A DNA stretch of 30,179 nt from Phycisphaerales bacterium (GTDB lineage Bacteria; Planctomycetota; Phycisphaerae; Phycisphaerales; SM1A02). How positions within the stretch are numbered: the stretch's first letter is position 1; the number at the start of each line of letters is the position of its first letter. The notes below the pieces were generated by a model. The model was not told the DNA's origin and made no database searches. It was given only the letters and a program-made list of their open reading frames with translations. Below are positions 17,260 to 25,321 of this stretch, piece after piece. The stretch lies in assembly GCA_044348205.1 (NCBI GenBank), contig JBIKTI010000001.1:1-30179 (forward strand). The letters are read 5' to 3'. Both the position numbers and the translations under genes were made by a program.

Positions 17260-17349
17260 CCCTCGAAGCGTTCTCCCTCGAATCGTTCTCCCTCGAATCG
17301 TTCTCTCTCGAGTCGTTTTCTCTCGAAGCGTTCTCTCTCGAATCGTCCT
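17260..17349. repeat. 15-bp degenerate tandem repeat, 6 copies
   Basis: Consensus CYCTCGARKCGTTCT at 17260, 17275, 17290, 17305, 17320, 17335 (a few further substitutions). Confidence 0.9.
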
Positions 17350-17361
17350 CCGCAAACGACA

Positions 17362-17387
17362 ACCGCCCGCGCGTGTGCGCGGGCGGT
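17362..17387. terminator. Probable terminator hairpin between convergent paralog 2 and rpsF
   Basis: Perfect 11-bp stem ACCGCCCGCGC-gtgt-GCGCGGGCGGT; TGTCGTTTG follows on the minus strand. Confidence 0.65.
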
Positions 17388-17420
17388 CGTGCGTTCGGTT
17401 GCGTCGATGCTCCGTCGCGC

Positions 17421-17846
17421 TCACTCCGCGTCGGCGGTCTCGACGGTCTCCGCCGCGGGCTCGGCCGCGACGGGCTGCGTCTTGCGCAGCGCGATCTCGT
17501 CGGCGAGCTGCTGACGGCCTTCCATCGCGGCCATCTGCTCGGGGGCGAGGTGGTCTGCGCGCACGATCATCGAGCGGAGGAGCCGCTCGCTGAGGCGCGC
17601 GTCGCGCTCGATCTGCGCGAGCTTCTGCGCATCGCACTTGAAGTAGGTGAGGAAGTAGACGCCGCGCTTGTTGCCCTTGATGTCGTAGGCGAGGCGACGC
17701 TCGTCCCACTTGCAGAGGCTGATGATCTCGGCCTCGCCCTTGGAGAGAATCTCGGTGAGATGGTCGACGGCGCCCTGGAGGTCTGCGGCGACCGTCTGCG
17801 GGAAGAGGAACATGCCTTCGTAGGTATAGGTTCGGGTTTCTGACAT
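17421..17846 (-). CDS. rpsF: 30S ribosomal protein S6
   Basis: YTYEGMFLF, KWDERRLAYDIKGNKRGVYFLTYF, RLSERLLRSMIVR. Confidence 0.95.
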   Translation of the reverse strand: MSETRTYTYEGMFLFPQTVAADLQGAVDHLTEILSKGEAEIISLCKWDERRLAYDIKGNKRGVYFLTYFKCDAQKLAQIERDARLSERLLRSMIVRADHLAPEQMAAMEGRQQLADEIALRKTQPVAAEPAAETVETADAE

Positions 17847-17897
17847 GGTGTTGGTCCTATCGTGAGGCCCTGCTCCGATGGAGCGGGGTGGGTTCTT

Positions 17898-18539
17898 TCA
17901 GTTCTGCGCCTCGGGCAGCGTGCCAGGGGCGTCCTTCTTGCGTGGCGCAGGCCGCGGGGACTTGTCCTCGGGCTTGCGGTTGAAACGGTTCATCGCCTCG
18001 ACGAGCCCCCTCGAGATCCAGCACTCCGCCGCCTCCGCCGCGGTCGAGACCGCCGCGTCGACGAGGGCCTGCTGGTCCTCTCGGAAGCGCCCGAGCACAT
18101 AGTCGCGCTGCGGGATCTGACCAGGGGGGTCGATCCCGATGCGGCACCGCGCGTAGCGGTTCGTGCCGAGCTTCGCCTCGATGTCCGCCAGCCCGTTGTG
18201 TCCGCCAGCGCTTCCGTCGCCGCGCAGCCTGATGCTGCCGCAGGGAAGGGCGATGTCGTCGACGAGGACCAGAAGGTCGTTCGAGGGGTCGAGCTTGAAG
18301 AAGCGCACGGCCTCCGAGACTGTGGATCCCGAGAGGTTCATGTAGGTGACGGGCTTGAGAAGGAGCACCTTCTCGCCGCCTGCCTCGCCCTCGAGAGCGA
18401 GCGCCTGAAAGCGCGCGCGCGGCGCCTGGGATGCGTCGCAGACGCGGCGCGCCAGGCGATCGATTCCATCGAACCCGACGTTGTGCCGGGTGCGCTGGTA
18501 TTCGAGTCCTGGGTTGCCGAGTCCGACGACGATCTTCAT
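17898..18539 (-). CDS. pth: Peptidyl-tRNA hydrolase
   Basis: MKIVVGLGNPGLEYQRTRHNVGF, LLKPVTYMNLSG, VLVDDIALP, GSAGGHNGL, RCRIGI. Alternative start 18551. Confidence 0.96.
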   Translation of the reverse strand: MKIVVGLGNPGLEYQRTRHNVGFDGIDRLARRVCDASQAPRARFQALALEGEAGGEKVLLLKPVTYMNLSGSTVSEAVRFFKLDPSNDLLVLVDDIALPCGSIRLRGDGSAGGHNGLADIEAKLGTNRYARCRIGIDPPGQIPQRDYVLGRFREDQQALVDAAVSTAAEAAECWISRGLVEAMNRFNRKPEDKSPRPAPRKKDAPGTLPEAQN

Positions 18540-18589
18540 GGCGCTTTCCATCGAGAGGCCGCGCTCCGTCCCGTGGGGGACGGGGTCGC

Positions 18590-19231
18590 TTACTTCTTCT
18601 CCTCCTTCTTCTCGGCGGCGGGAGCGGCCGCAGCAGCCGCGCCAGCGGCAGGAGCCGTGGCCTCGGCCGCAGCCTCTTCCTTGACGATCTGGAGGCGCGC
18701 GACGACCGCGTGCGGATCGGTCGCGTGCTCGACGCCCGCGGGGAGCTTGAGGTCGGACACGGTGTAGGTCTCGCCCGTCATCGTGGTGAGGTCGGCGCGG
18801 ACATGCTCTGGGATGTCGCGCACCTTGCAGCGCACCTGGATGTCGTTGAGCTCGTGGACGACGACGACGCCCGACTTCTTGGCCGCATCGGGCGCGCCGA
18901 AGAACTCGAGGGTGACCGTGACGGTGACGACCTCGTCGAGGTTCACGCGCGCGAGGTCCATGTGGATCACATCGTCGCCCATGAAGCCGAACTGCAGGTC
19001 CTTCACGAGGCAGGTCTCGGTGCCCGAGCCCTCGATCTCGAGGTTGATCACATGGAGGCCCTTCTTGAGCGCCGACACGGTGATCTTCTCGTCGACATGG
19101 ACCGACATCGGGTCGCTGCCGTGGCCGTAGATGACCGCAGGCAGGCGGCCTGCCGCGCGAAGACGCTTCGAGTAGCGGCTGCCGAGTTGGTCGCGACGCG
19201 CGGCCTGGATGGTGGGGACTTCCTTTGACAT
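18590..19231 (-). CDS. rplY: 50S ribosomal protein L25 (long Ctc form)
   Basis: 3' part of track ORF 18590..20413; start MSKEVPTI at 19231 with GGAG SD. SKRLRAAGRLPAVIYGHG, LVKDLQF, HMDL, C-terminal beta domain. Confidence 0.93.
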   Translation of the reverse strand: MSKEVPTIQAARRDQLGSRYSKRLRAAGRLPAVIYGHGSDPMSVHVDEKITVSALKKGLHVINLEIEGSGTETCLVKDLQFGFMGDDVIHMDLARVNLDEVVTVTVTLEFFGAPDAAKKSGVVVVHELNDIQVRCKVRDIPEHVRADLTTMTGETYTVSDLKLPAGVEHATDPHAVVARLQIVKEEAAAEATAPAAGAAAAAAPAAEKKEEKK

Positions 19232-19275
19232 GGTGTACTCCGAGATTGGATGAGGGTGAACTGGATGGAATGGGA

Positions 19276-20259
19276 CTATCGCTTCGCGCCGCCGCTGACG
19301 CGGAAGAGCGCGGAGATCGACTGGTCGTGGTGGATGCGGTGGATGGCTTCGCCGAGGAGCGATGCGACGGTCAGGACCTCGAGCTTCCCATCGAGCGCGC
19401 GCGTGCGCTGGCCACAGGGGATGGTGTCGGTGACGACCACCTTCGAGATCGGGCTCTCGGCGAGGCGCTGCATGGCGAGGCCGACGAGGACGGGATGCGT
19501 GCACGCCGCGATGACATCCTTCGCGCCGCGCTCGACGACGAGCTTCGCCGCCTCGCACACGGTTCCCGCGGTCGAGATCATGTCGTCGAACATCAGGACC
19601 GTGCGTCCCTCGACATCGCCGATCAGGTTCTTGACGACGACCTTCGAGCCCGACTGCCTGCGCTTGTCGATGATGGCGAGGTCGCACTCGAGCAGGTTCG
19701 CGAACATGTTCGCGACCTTGACATTGCCGACGTCGGGCGACACCACCACGATCTCGCCGAGCGTCGGGCGGATCCGGAGGAAGTGCTCTGCGAAGACGGG
19801 CGAGGCGCTGATGTGGTCGACGGGGATGTCGAAGAAGCCCTGGATCTGCGCCGCGTGAAGGTCCATGCACAGCACGCGGTCGACGCCTGCCGCGACGATC
19901 AGGTTGGCGACGAGCTTGGCGGTGATCGGCACGCGGCCCTCGTCCTTGCGGTCCTGGCGCGCGTAGCCGTAGTAGGGGATCACCGCGGTGATGCGCTTGG
20001 CGCTGGCGCGGCGCAGGCAGTCGATGAAGACGAGCAGCTCCATCAGGTTGTCGTTGACGGGCTCGCAGGTCGAGAGCACGACATAGACATCCCGTCCGCG
20101 GACATCCTCGTCGACCTTCACCATGGTCTCGCCGTCGGGGAAGCGCGTGACGCTGCCGAGCCCGAGCGGAAGCTCGAGGTGGGCGCAGATGCCCGCGGCG
20201 AGATCGCGGGTGCTGGTGCCGCCGAAGACCTTGAGATGGTCGCGATCCGAGGAGCTCAT
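19276..20259 (-). CDS. prs: Ribose-phosphate pyrophosphokinase
   Basis: RFPDGE, DVRGRDVYV, DNLMELL, RITAVIPYYGYARQDRK, MDLHAAQIQGFFDIPVD, VSPDVG, IDKRR, DDMISTAGT. Start 20259 overlaps the glmU stop. Confidence 0.97.
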   Translation of the reverse strand: MSSSDRDHLKVFGGTSTRDLAAGICAHLELPLGLGSVTRFPDGETMVKVDEDVRGRDVYVVLSTCEPVNDNLMELLVFIDCLRRASAKRITAVIPYYGYARQDRKDEGRVPITAKLVANLIVAAGVDRVLCMDLHAAQIQGFFDIPVDHISASPVFAEHFLRIRPTLGEIVVVSPDVGNVKVANMFANLLECDLAIIDKRRQSGSKVVVKNLIGDVEGRTVLMFDDMISTAGTVCEAAKLVVERGAKDVIAACTHPVLVGLAMQRLAESPISKVVVTDTIPCGQRTRALDGKLEVLTVASLLGEAIHRIHHDQSISALFRVSGGAKR

Positions 20260-21050
20260 CGTGCGGTTCCCGTGGTGGGGGCGGCGCGGCGACGCAGGAT
20301 GCCGTCGACTTCCGCAAGCTGCGCGGGGTCGTTGATGGAAAGGACATCCTCGGGCGGCACGGCGTCGACGGCTGCGACGGTGCGCCCCGACTCGCGGAGG
20401 ATCCCGAACACATCGGTGATGTAGTACTCGCCGCTCGCGTTCTTGTCCGTCACCTTCGACAGCGCGTCGAAGAGGTCGTCCGCGCGGAAGCAGTAGTAGC
20501 TCGGGTTGATCTCCTGGATCGCCCGCTCCGCGTCGCTTGCGTCCTTCTGCTCGACGATGCGCTCGAGCCGGCCCGCTGCGCCGCGCACGATCCTGCCGTA
20601 TCCCTGCGGATTCTCGATCACGCTCGTCGCGAGCGTCGCGGACGCGCGTTCGCCGCGGTGGAGCGCCAGCAGCGTGTGCAGCGTGTCGGCGCGGATCAGC
20701 GGTCCGTCGCCGCAGAGGACGAAGGCGTCGGTCGTGGCCGCGTCCTCCTCGATGTTCGGCTTCGCCATCATGACGGCGTGTCCCGTGCCGAGCTGCTTCT
20801 CCTGAAGCGCGAACTCGACATCGGAGGCGCCGGCGAACTCCGCGCGCACAAGGTCGGCGCCGTGCCCGATCACGAGCACGATCTTCGTCGCTCCCGCGGC
20901 GCGCGCCGCGTCGACGACCCAGTGCACCATCGGGCGCCCCATCACGGGGTGCATGACCTTGGGCAGGTCGGACTGCATCCGCGTGCCCTTGCCGGCGGCG
21001 AGGATCACGGCGACCAGGCTGCGGTTTGAACTGGATGGATGGTTCTGCAT
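20256..21050 (-). CDS. glmU: GlmU-type sugar-phosphate nucleotidyltransferase (uridyltransferase domain only)
   Basis: VILAAGKGTRMQSDLPKVMH, QEKQLGTGHAV, VLCGDGPLI, GYGRIVR, IVEQKDA, EINPSYY, NASGEYYITD. 264 aa, ends before any hexapeptide acetyltransferase domain. Confidence 0.85.
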   Translation of the reverse strand: MQNHPSSSNRSLVAVILAAGKGTRMQSDLPKVMHPVMGRPMVHWVVDAARAAGATKIVLVIGHGADLVRAEFAGASDVEFALQEKQLGTGHAVMMAKPNIEEDAATTDAFVLCGDGPLIRADTLHTLLALHRGERASATLATSVIENPQGYGRIVRGAAGRLERIVEQKDASDAERAIQEINPSYYCFRADDLFDALSKVTDKNASGEYYITDVFGILRESGRTVAAVDAVPPEDVLSINDPAQLAEVDGILRRRAAPTTGTAR

Positions 21051-21100
21051 CTCGGCGCGCGCGCACCGCGACGACAACTTCGAGAGAGCCGAGACCTGAA

Positions 21101-21171
21101 CTGGCCCGCTTGGATTCGAACCAAGACTAAATGGACCAAAACCACTTGTGCTACCATTACACCACGGGCCA
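21101..21171 (-). tRNA. tRNA-Gln (anticodon TTG)
   Basis: Minus strand TGGCCCGTGGTGTAATGGTAGCACAAGTGGTTTTGGTCCATTTAGTCTTGGTTCGAATCCAAGCGGGCCAG: acceptor stem TGGCCCG/CGGGCCA, anticodon arm AGTGG-TT TTG GT-CCATT, GTTCGAATC T-loop. CCA not encoded. Confidence 0.95.
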
Positions 21172-21594
21172 AAATTCGGTCAGGCAACGATGAGATCGGC
21201 CGCGAGAGCCGCGTTCATGCATTGACTTCGGTCGATTGGTCGGGCAGGTCTGGCTCGGACGCCTGTCGCCGCGGACGCTTCCTCGTGTCTGGGTGCGCTG
21301 CGCGGACGCAGGGCACGGAACTCTCGACGCCGCGTCGCCAACATGGCAGACGCGTCCGCGGCGAGGTCCGTTCGAGGATCCAAGCGCGCGGCCTGTTCCT
21401 TCGAGGCTGGGGCACCGGCGAGGCCGCATTGGTGCTCCATGCGAGGCCTGCGCGTGCAGTCCTCGACGGCCCATCAGTGAAGGGTCGCGAAGAGTACCGT
21501 GATCTGAACGGCGCTTCAACGGCTGTTCCGGCCGAATCGGTGATGTGGGACATGCCTGCAGCCGTCCGAGAACGGGGTTGCTACGCTCCGCCCC

Positions 21595-23004
21595 ATGTCC
21601 GAGCAGCATGCACAGCATCCGCAGCGCGCCCAGCGACTCGTGTCCCTCGATCCTTCGACGGGGGAGGCGGTCGGCAGTCTGCCGTCGACCCCGATCGACT
21701 CGATTCCGCGGCTCGTCTTCGAGGCCCGCAACGCGCAGCGGGGGTGGGGGGCGCTCTCGCATGCGCAGCGGGCGGAGGTGCTTCGCCCTGCGGCGGCGCG
21801 CCTCAAGGCAGAGGCGAAGCGGCTCGGAGCGCTCGCCTCGCGCGAGATGGGGAAGCCGCTTCCCGAGGCGATCGGCGAGGCGAACTACTGTGCGGACGGC
21901 TTCGCGGGCGAACTCGACGAGATCGTCGCTGCGCTTGCTGACATCGTGCGCGAGGACGGGCGGCTGACGAGCGTCCTTCGCCATGCGCCGCTGGGCGTCT
22001 GCGCCGCGATCGCGCCGTGGAACTTTCCCATCCTCATGCCGCACCAGTCGGTGCTGCCCGCGCTCGTCGCAGGGAACACGGTGCTGCTGAAGCCAAGCGA
22101 GGAGACGAGCCTCGTCGCGTGCGAGTACGCCACGATCCTCAACGAGTTCCTGCCGGCGGGCGTCCTGACGCCTGTCTTCGGCGATGGTTCGCAGGGGCGT
22201 GCGCTCGTTCTCGCGGATGTCAACCTGATCGTCTTCACGGGCTCGCGCGAGACGGGAAAGAAGATCCTCGCCGACGCAGGGCCAGGGCTCAAGCGGGTGA
22301 TTCTCGAGCTCGGCGGCAAGGATCCGCTGGTGGTGCTCGACGACGCGGATCTCGACGCCGCAGCCGCGTTCGCCGTGCGGAACAGCTTCCGCAACGCTGG
22401 GCAGGTGTGCGTGAGCACCGAGCGCATCTATGTCGATGCAGGGATTCACGAGGAGTTCCTGCGGAGGATGATCGAGCGCACCGCCGCACTGAAGCAGGGC
22501 GACCCCGCGGAGCCAGGGGTCGGCGTCGGCCCGATGGTGAACGCGCGCCAGAAGGCGAAGGTCGTCGCGCAGATCGAGGACGCCGTGCGCGCGGGCGCGC
22601 GCGTGGCCGCGGGAGGCGAGCCGCGCGCAGGTAACTTCGTCGCCCCGACGATCCTCGTCGATGTGGATCACACGATGGAGATCATGCGCGAGGAGACCTT
22701 CGGCCCCGTCGCATGCGTGCAGTCCTTCGCCACGATCGACGAGGCCGTTCGCCTCGCGAACGACTCGCCCTTCGGCCTTGGCGCAGCTGTCTTCGGCGCC
22801 GACGCAGCGCGGGCCGCGGAGGTGGCGGCGCGCATCGAGGCGGGCATGGTCGGCGTCAACGGCGGTTGCGGTGGCGCAGGGGGGAGCCCGTGGGTCGGCA
22901 TGAAGGAGTCGGGGTACGGCTTCCACTCGGGCCCCGAGGGCCACAGGCAGTTCGCGCAGGTCCGCGTGATCTCGCGGCCGCGCGTGGCTGCGCCCACCGC
23001 GTGA
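21595..23004 (+). CDS. NAD(P)-dependent aldehyde dehydrogenase
   Basis: IAPWNFP, LKPSEET, FTGSRETG, LELGGKDP (catalytic Glu), NAGQVCVS (catalytic Cys), EETFGP, FGLGAAVF. Substrate not assignable. Confidence 0.95.
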   Translation: MSEQHAQHPQRAQRLVSLDPSTGEAVGSLPSTPIDSIPRLVFEARNAQRGWGALSHAQRAEVLRPAAARLKAEAKRLGALASREMGKPLPEAIGEANYCADGFAGELDEIVAALADIVREDGRLTSVLRHAPLGVCAAIAPWNFPILMPHQSVLPALVAGNTVLLKPSEETSLVACEYATILNEFLPAGVLTPVFGDGSQGRALVLADVNLIVFTGSRETGKKILADAGPGLKRVILELGGKDPLVVLDDADLDAAAAFAVRNSFRNAGQVCVSTERIYVDAGIHEEFLRRMIERTAALKQGDPAEPGVGVGPMVNARQKAKVVAQIEDAVRAGARVAAGGEPRAGNFVAPTILVDVDHTMEIMREETFGPVACVQSFATIDEAVRLANDSPFGLGAAVFGADAARAAEVAARIEAGMVGVNGGCGGAGGSPWVGMKESGYGFHSGPEGHRQFAQVRVISRPRVAAPTA

Positions 23005-23032
23005 ACTCGACGAAGGAGAGGGGAGCGCTGCG

Positions 23033-23668
23033 ATGTACTACTACGCGGGGCGCGCGAACAGACTCGACCCTGACACGGTCCTCGCCGCGTATGCGCGCGG
23101 CCTCTTCGCGATGGGCGAGGCGGACGGCTCCGTGCACTGGCTGGTGTCCGACCCGCGCTTTCTCCTCCCGATCGGCGGGCTGCATGTCCCTCGCTCGCTC
23201 GCGCGCGCCGCTCGGAAGGCGCCCTTCGAGTTCCGTGTGGACACGGCGTTTCGCCGGGTGATGGAGCTCTGCGCCGAGGAGCGCGGCGGCGCCAACCTCA
23301 ACTGGATCGTGCCGCGGATGATCGATGTGTACACCGAGCTGCACGAGGCGGGATTCGCGCACTCCGTCGAGGCATGGAGGGGCGGGGTGCTGGTCGGAGG
23401 GCTCTACGGCGTCGCCCTCGGCGGCGCGTTCTTCGGCGAGAGCATGTTCAGCCGGCTCGAGCTCGGCGGATCGAACGCCTCGAAACTGTGCCTGCTCGAA
23501 CTGGACCGCCGCCTGCAGATCGGCGGTTATCAGCTGCTCGACAGCCAGGAGCGAAACGAGCACATGTCGCAGTTCGGTGGAGAGGAGCTTCCGTTCGACC
23601 TGTATCTCGAGCGGCTCGAGGCCGCGATCGAACGCGAGGTTGCGCCAGGCGCGTGGCGGAATCGCTGA
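23033..23668 (+). CDS. aat: Leucyl/phenylalanyl-tRNA--protein transferase
   Basis: AYARGLFAM, DPRFLLP, FEFRVDTAFRRVM..C, WI...MIDVYTELHEAGFAHSVEAW, LVGGLYGVALGGAFFGESMFS, ASK, LLDSQ. Confidence 0.93.
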   Translation: MYYYAGRANRLDPDTVLAAYARGLFAMGEADGSVHWLVSDPRFLLPIGGLHVPRSLARAARKAPFEFRVDTAFRRVMELCAEERGGANLNWIVPRMIDVYTELHEAGFAHSVEAWRGGVLVGGLYGVALGGAFFGESMFSRLELGGSNASKLCLLELDRRLQIGGYQLLDSQERNEHMSQFGGEELPFDLYLERLEAAIEREVAPGAWRNR

Positions 23669-24226
23669 CTGCCGCGCGCGGCGGAAGTCGAAGTCGGGGC
23701 GTCGAGGTTTCGCAGCCAACCCGAAAAACGCCTTGAGAATCCAAGAGTGATGTTGTTATTGACCATCGGTCGGAGGCAAAGTCTTAAATCTCATGTGCCC
23801 GCGCTTGACGACCGCATTTCTGGTGACATTCTTGGCTCGGAGTGTAGGAATAGGGGCGTCCAGCGAGCTGGAACGCCCTCTTTGTGCTTGGCGAAGTTGC
23901 GTGCATGGCCACTGTTCCGAGGCCGACGCAGGATCCCAAGGCGCGCAGAGGGCGGATCTGGCACCGATGGCAGCGCAGTGCGGTCGAGCCTTCCGTTCCA
24001 GAAGGTTCGACGCTCAGGAGTTCCGTGTCAGCCTCGACATCTCTGTTGAGGCGGTGATCTCGGCCCCAACAACTTTGTTGGGGTGGTGATCGAGGAGCTT
24101 CGGGTGCATCCGTGCTGAGGTCTGCAGCGGGTTGGGCGTTTGTCTGCTGTGTTCGCGGCGCGTGTCCTGTTCCCGGCCTTGTGGGCGCCTTCGGCTCCAA
24201 GCCACATCCCTTCCGGAGAGAGAGTC

Positions 24227-24838
24227 ATGAGTCCTATTTCGGGTGCCATTTCGGCGTTTGGTGCCGTTGCTGTCCTCGGTGCGTCCACCGCATCGGCGTC
24301 GATCATCACGTTCACCCAGCAGTTTATCTGGGAGTTCTATGTCAACGGAACTGGGTCGAGCATCTTCGTCGAGGACTTCAATAGCCTCGCCGACGGCTTC
24401 TATCCCGATCCGTTCAATGCGACGACAGGCCCTGTGAGCTGGAGCGCCAGCGCGGCAGGCGGTCTCTTCGTCGACGACGGCGTCTTCTCCACGAACAATC
24501 CGACTGCGCTGACCTTCTCGTTCGGTGCAGGCGTGCAGGGCGTTGGCGGAAATTTCTTCGCCACGGACATCAACTTCAATGTTGTCCCCGCGATCGTGAC
24601 GCTCGGCCTCGCCGACGGCACGAGCTATGTCGGCTTCGTCGATGCGAGCACCGCCTTCACGGGCTTCTACTCGAACGGCGCCGCAGTGACTTCCGTCACG
24701 ATTTCCGCTGTGCCTCTGTCGGGTGGCAGCAATGTCTACCCAACGGTCGACAACCTGCGCTTCGCGTTCGTGCCTGCGCCAGGTGCGGTCGCGCTGCTCG
24801 GCCTCGCCGGCCTTGCTGGCGCCCGTCGCCGCCGCTGA
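24227..24838 (+). CDS. PEP-CTERM (VPAPG variant) surface protein 1
   Basis: Signal peptide ending ASA; C-terminal VPAPGAVALLGLAGLAGARRRR (sorting motif, TM, Arg cluster). GGAGAG SD; start moved from track 24140 to ATG 24227. Confidence 0.85.
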   Translation: MSPISGAISAFGAVAVLGASTASASIITFTQQFIWEFYVNGTGSSIFVEDFNSLADGFYPDPFNATTGPVSWSASAAGGLFVDDGVFSTNNPTALTFSFGAGVQGVGGNFFATDINFNVVPAIVTLGLADGTSYVGFVDASTAFTGFYSNGAAVTSVTISAVPLSGGSNVYPTVDNLRFAFVPAPGAVALLGLAGLAGARRRR

Positions 24839-24876
24839 ACCCGCGGGCGAATCGCTCAGGACTCCCTTGCGACCAC

Positions 24877-24906
24877 CAGGACCCCGCCACGGCGGGGTCC
24901 TGTTTT
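24877..24906 (+). terminator. Intrinsic terminator after PEP-CTERM gene 1
   Basis: CAGGACCCCGC-cacg-GCGGGGTCCTG followed by TTTT. Confidence 0.85.
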
Positions 24907-25321
24907 ACTATTGATCGTCCTCGATTGACTTCAATGCCTCCAGTTACGCGGTCGTTGCGTGCGCAAGGCGAAGGTGAAACCGCCGCATCTGCGCGTAAAT
25001 CAACTGTGGTGCCTTGCAGATCGTCCGATTCGCTGCAAACTCGGGTCGGAGTTGAGGTCAAAGGGCCGTGCCTGGGCACGGGCTGTTCGGTTGTCGACCT
25101 CCTTCCTCGTGCATCCCTGTGCGACCGGAGAATCGACGCTGGGTCGTGTTGTTCCGACTGACCCTGGTTTCAGGGGCATTCGGAGATCGCGCTGCAGTGT
25201 TCTGCAGAGTCCGGGGTCCGCCGATTGGGTTCTTCGCCTGCAATGCAGGCGACGACCCTTCGGTGCGCGGGTGTTCGTCTAGGTTTGTCTTTGCAGCTTC
25301 CGATCCCTCACGGAGAGAATC

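Noticed and set aside
16955-17843. ORFs encoding RENDS or FSLES pentapeptide repeats
   Set aside because: Read-outs of the 15-bp array; they overlap real genes and lack credible starts.
20256-21050. glmU as a frameshifted pseudogene
   Set aside because: The downstream DNA is intact prs with an ATGA overlap; no hexapeptide remnants seen.
23793-24089. 98-aa ORF in the spacer before PEP-CTERM gene 1
   Set aside because: No SD, atypical codon usage, no motif; overlaps the promoter-like and hairpin sequences.
23950-25100. Sigma-54 (-24/-12) promoters as in proteobacterial PEP-CTERM regulons
   Set aside because: TGGCAC and TTGC-like pieces exist, but none has the required GG-N10-GC spacing.
25279-25290. 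CTAGGTTTGTCT resembling the MITE left end (CTAGGTTCTGTCT)
   Set aside because: Needs a 1-nt deletion and has no partner inverted repeat; consistent with chance.
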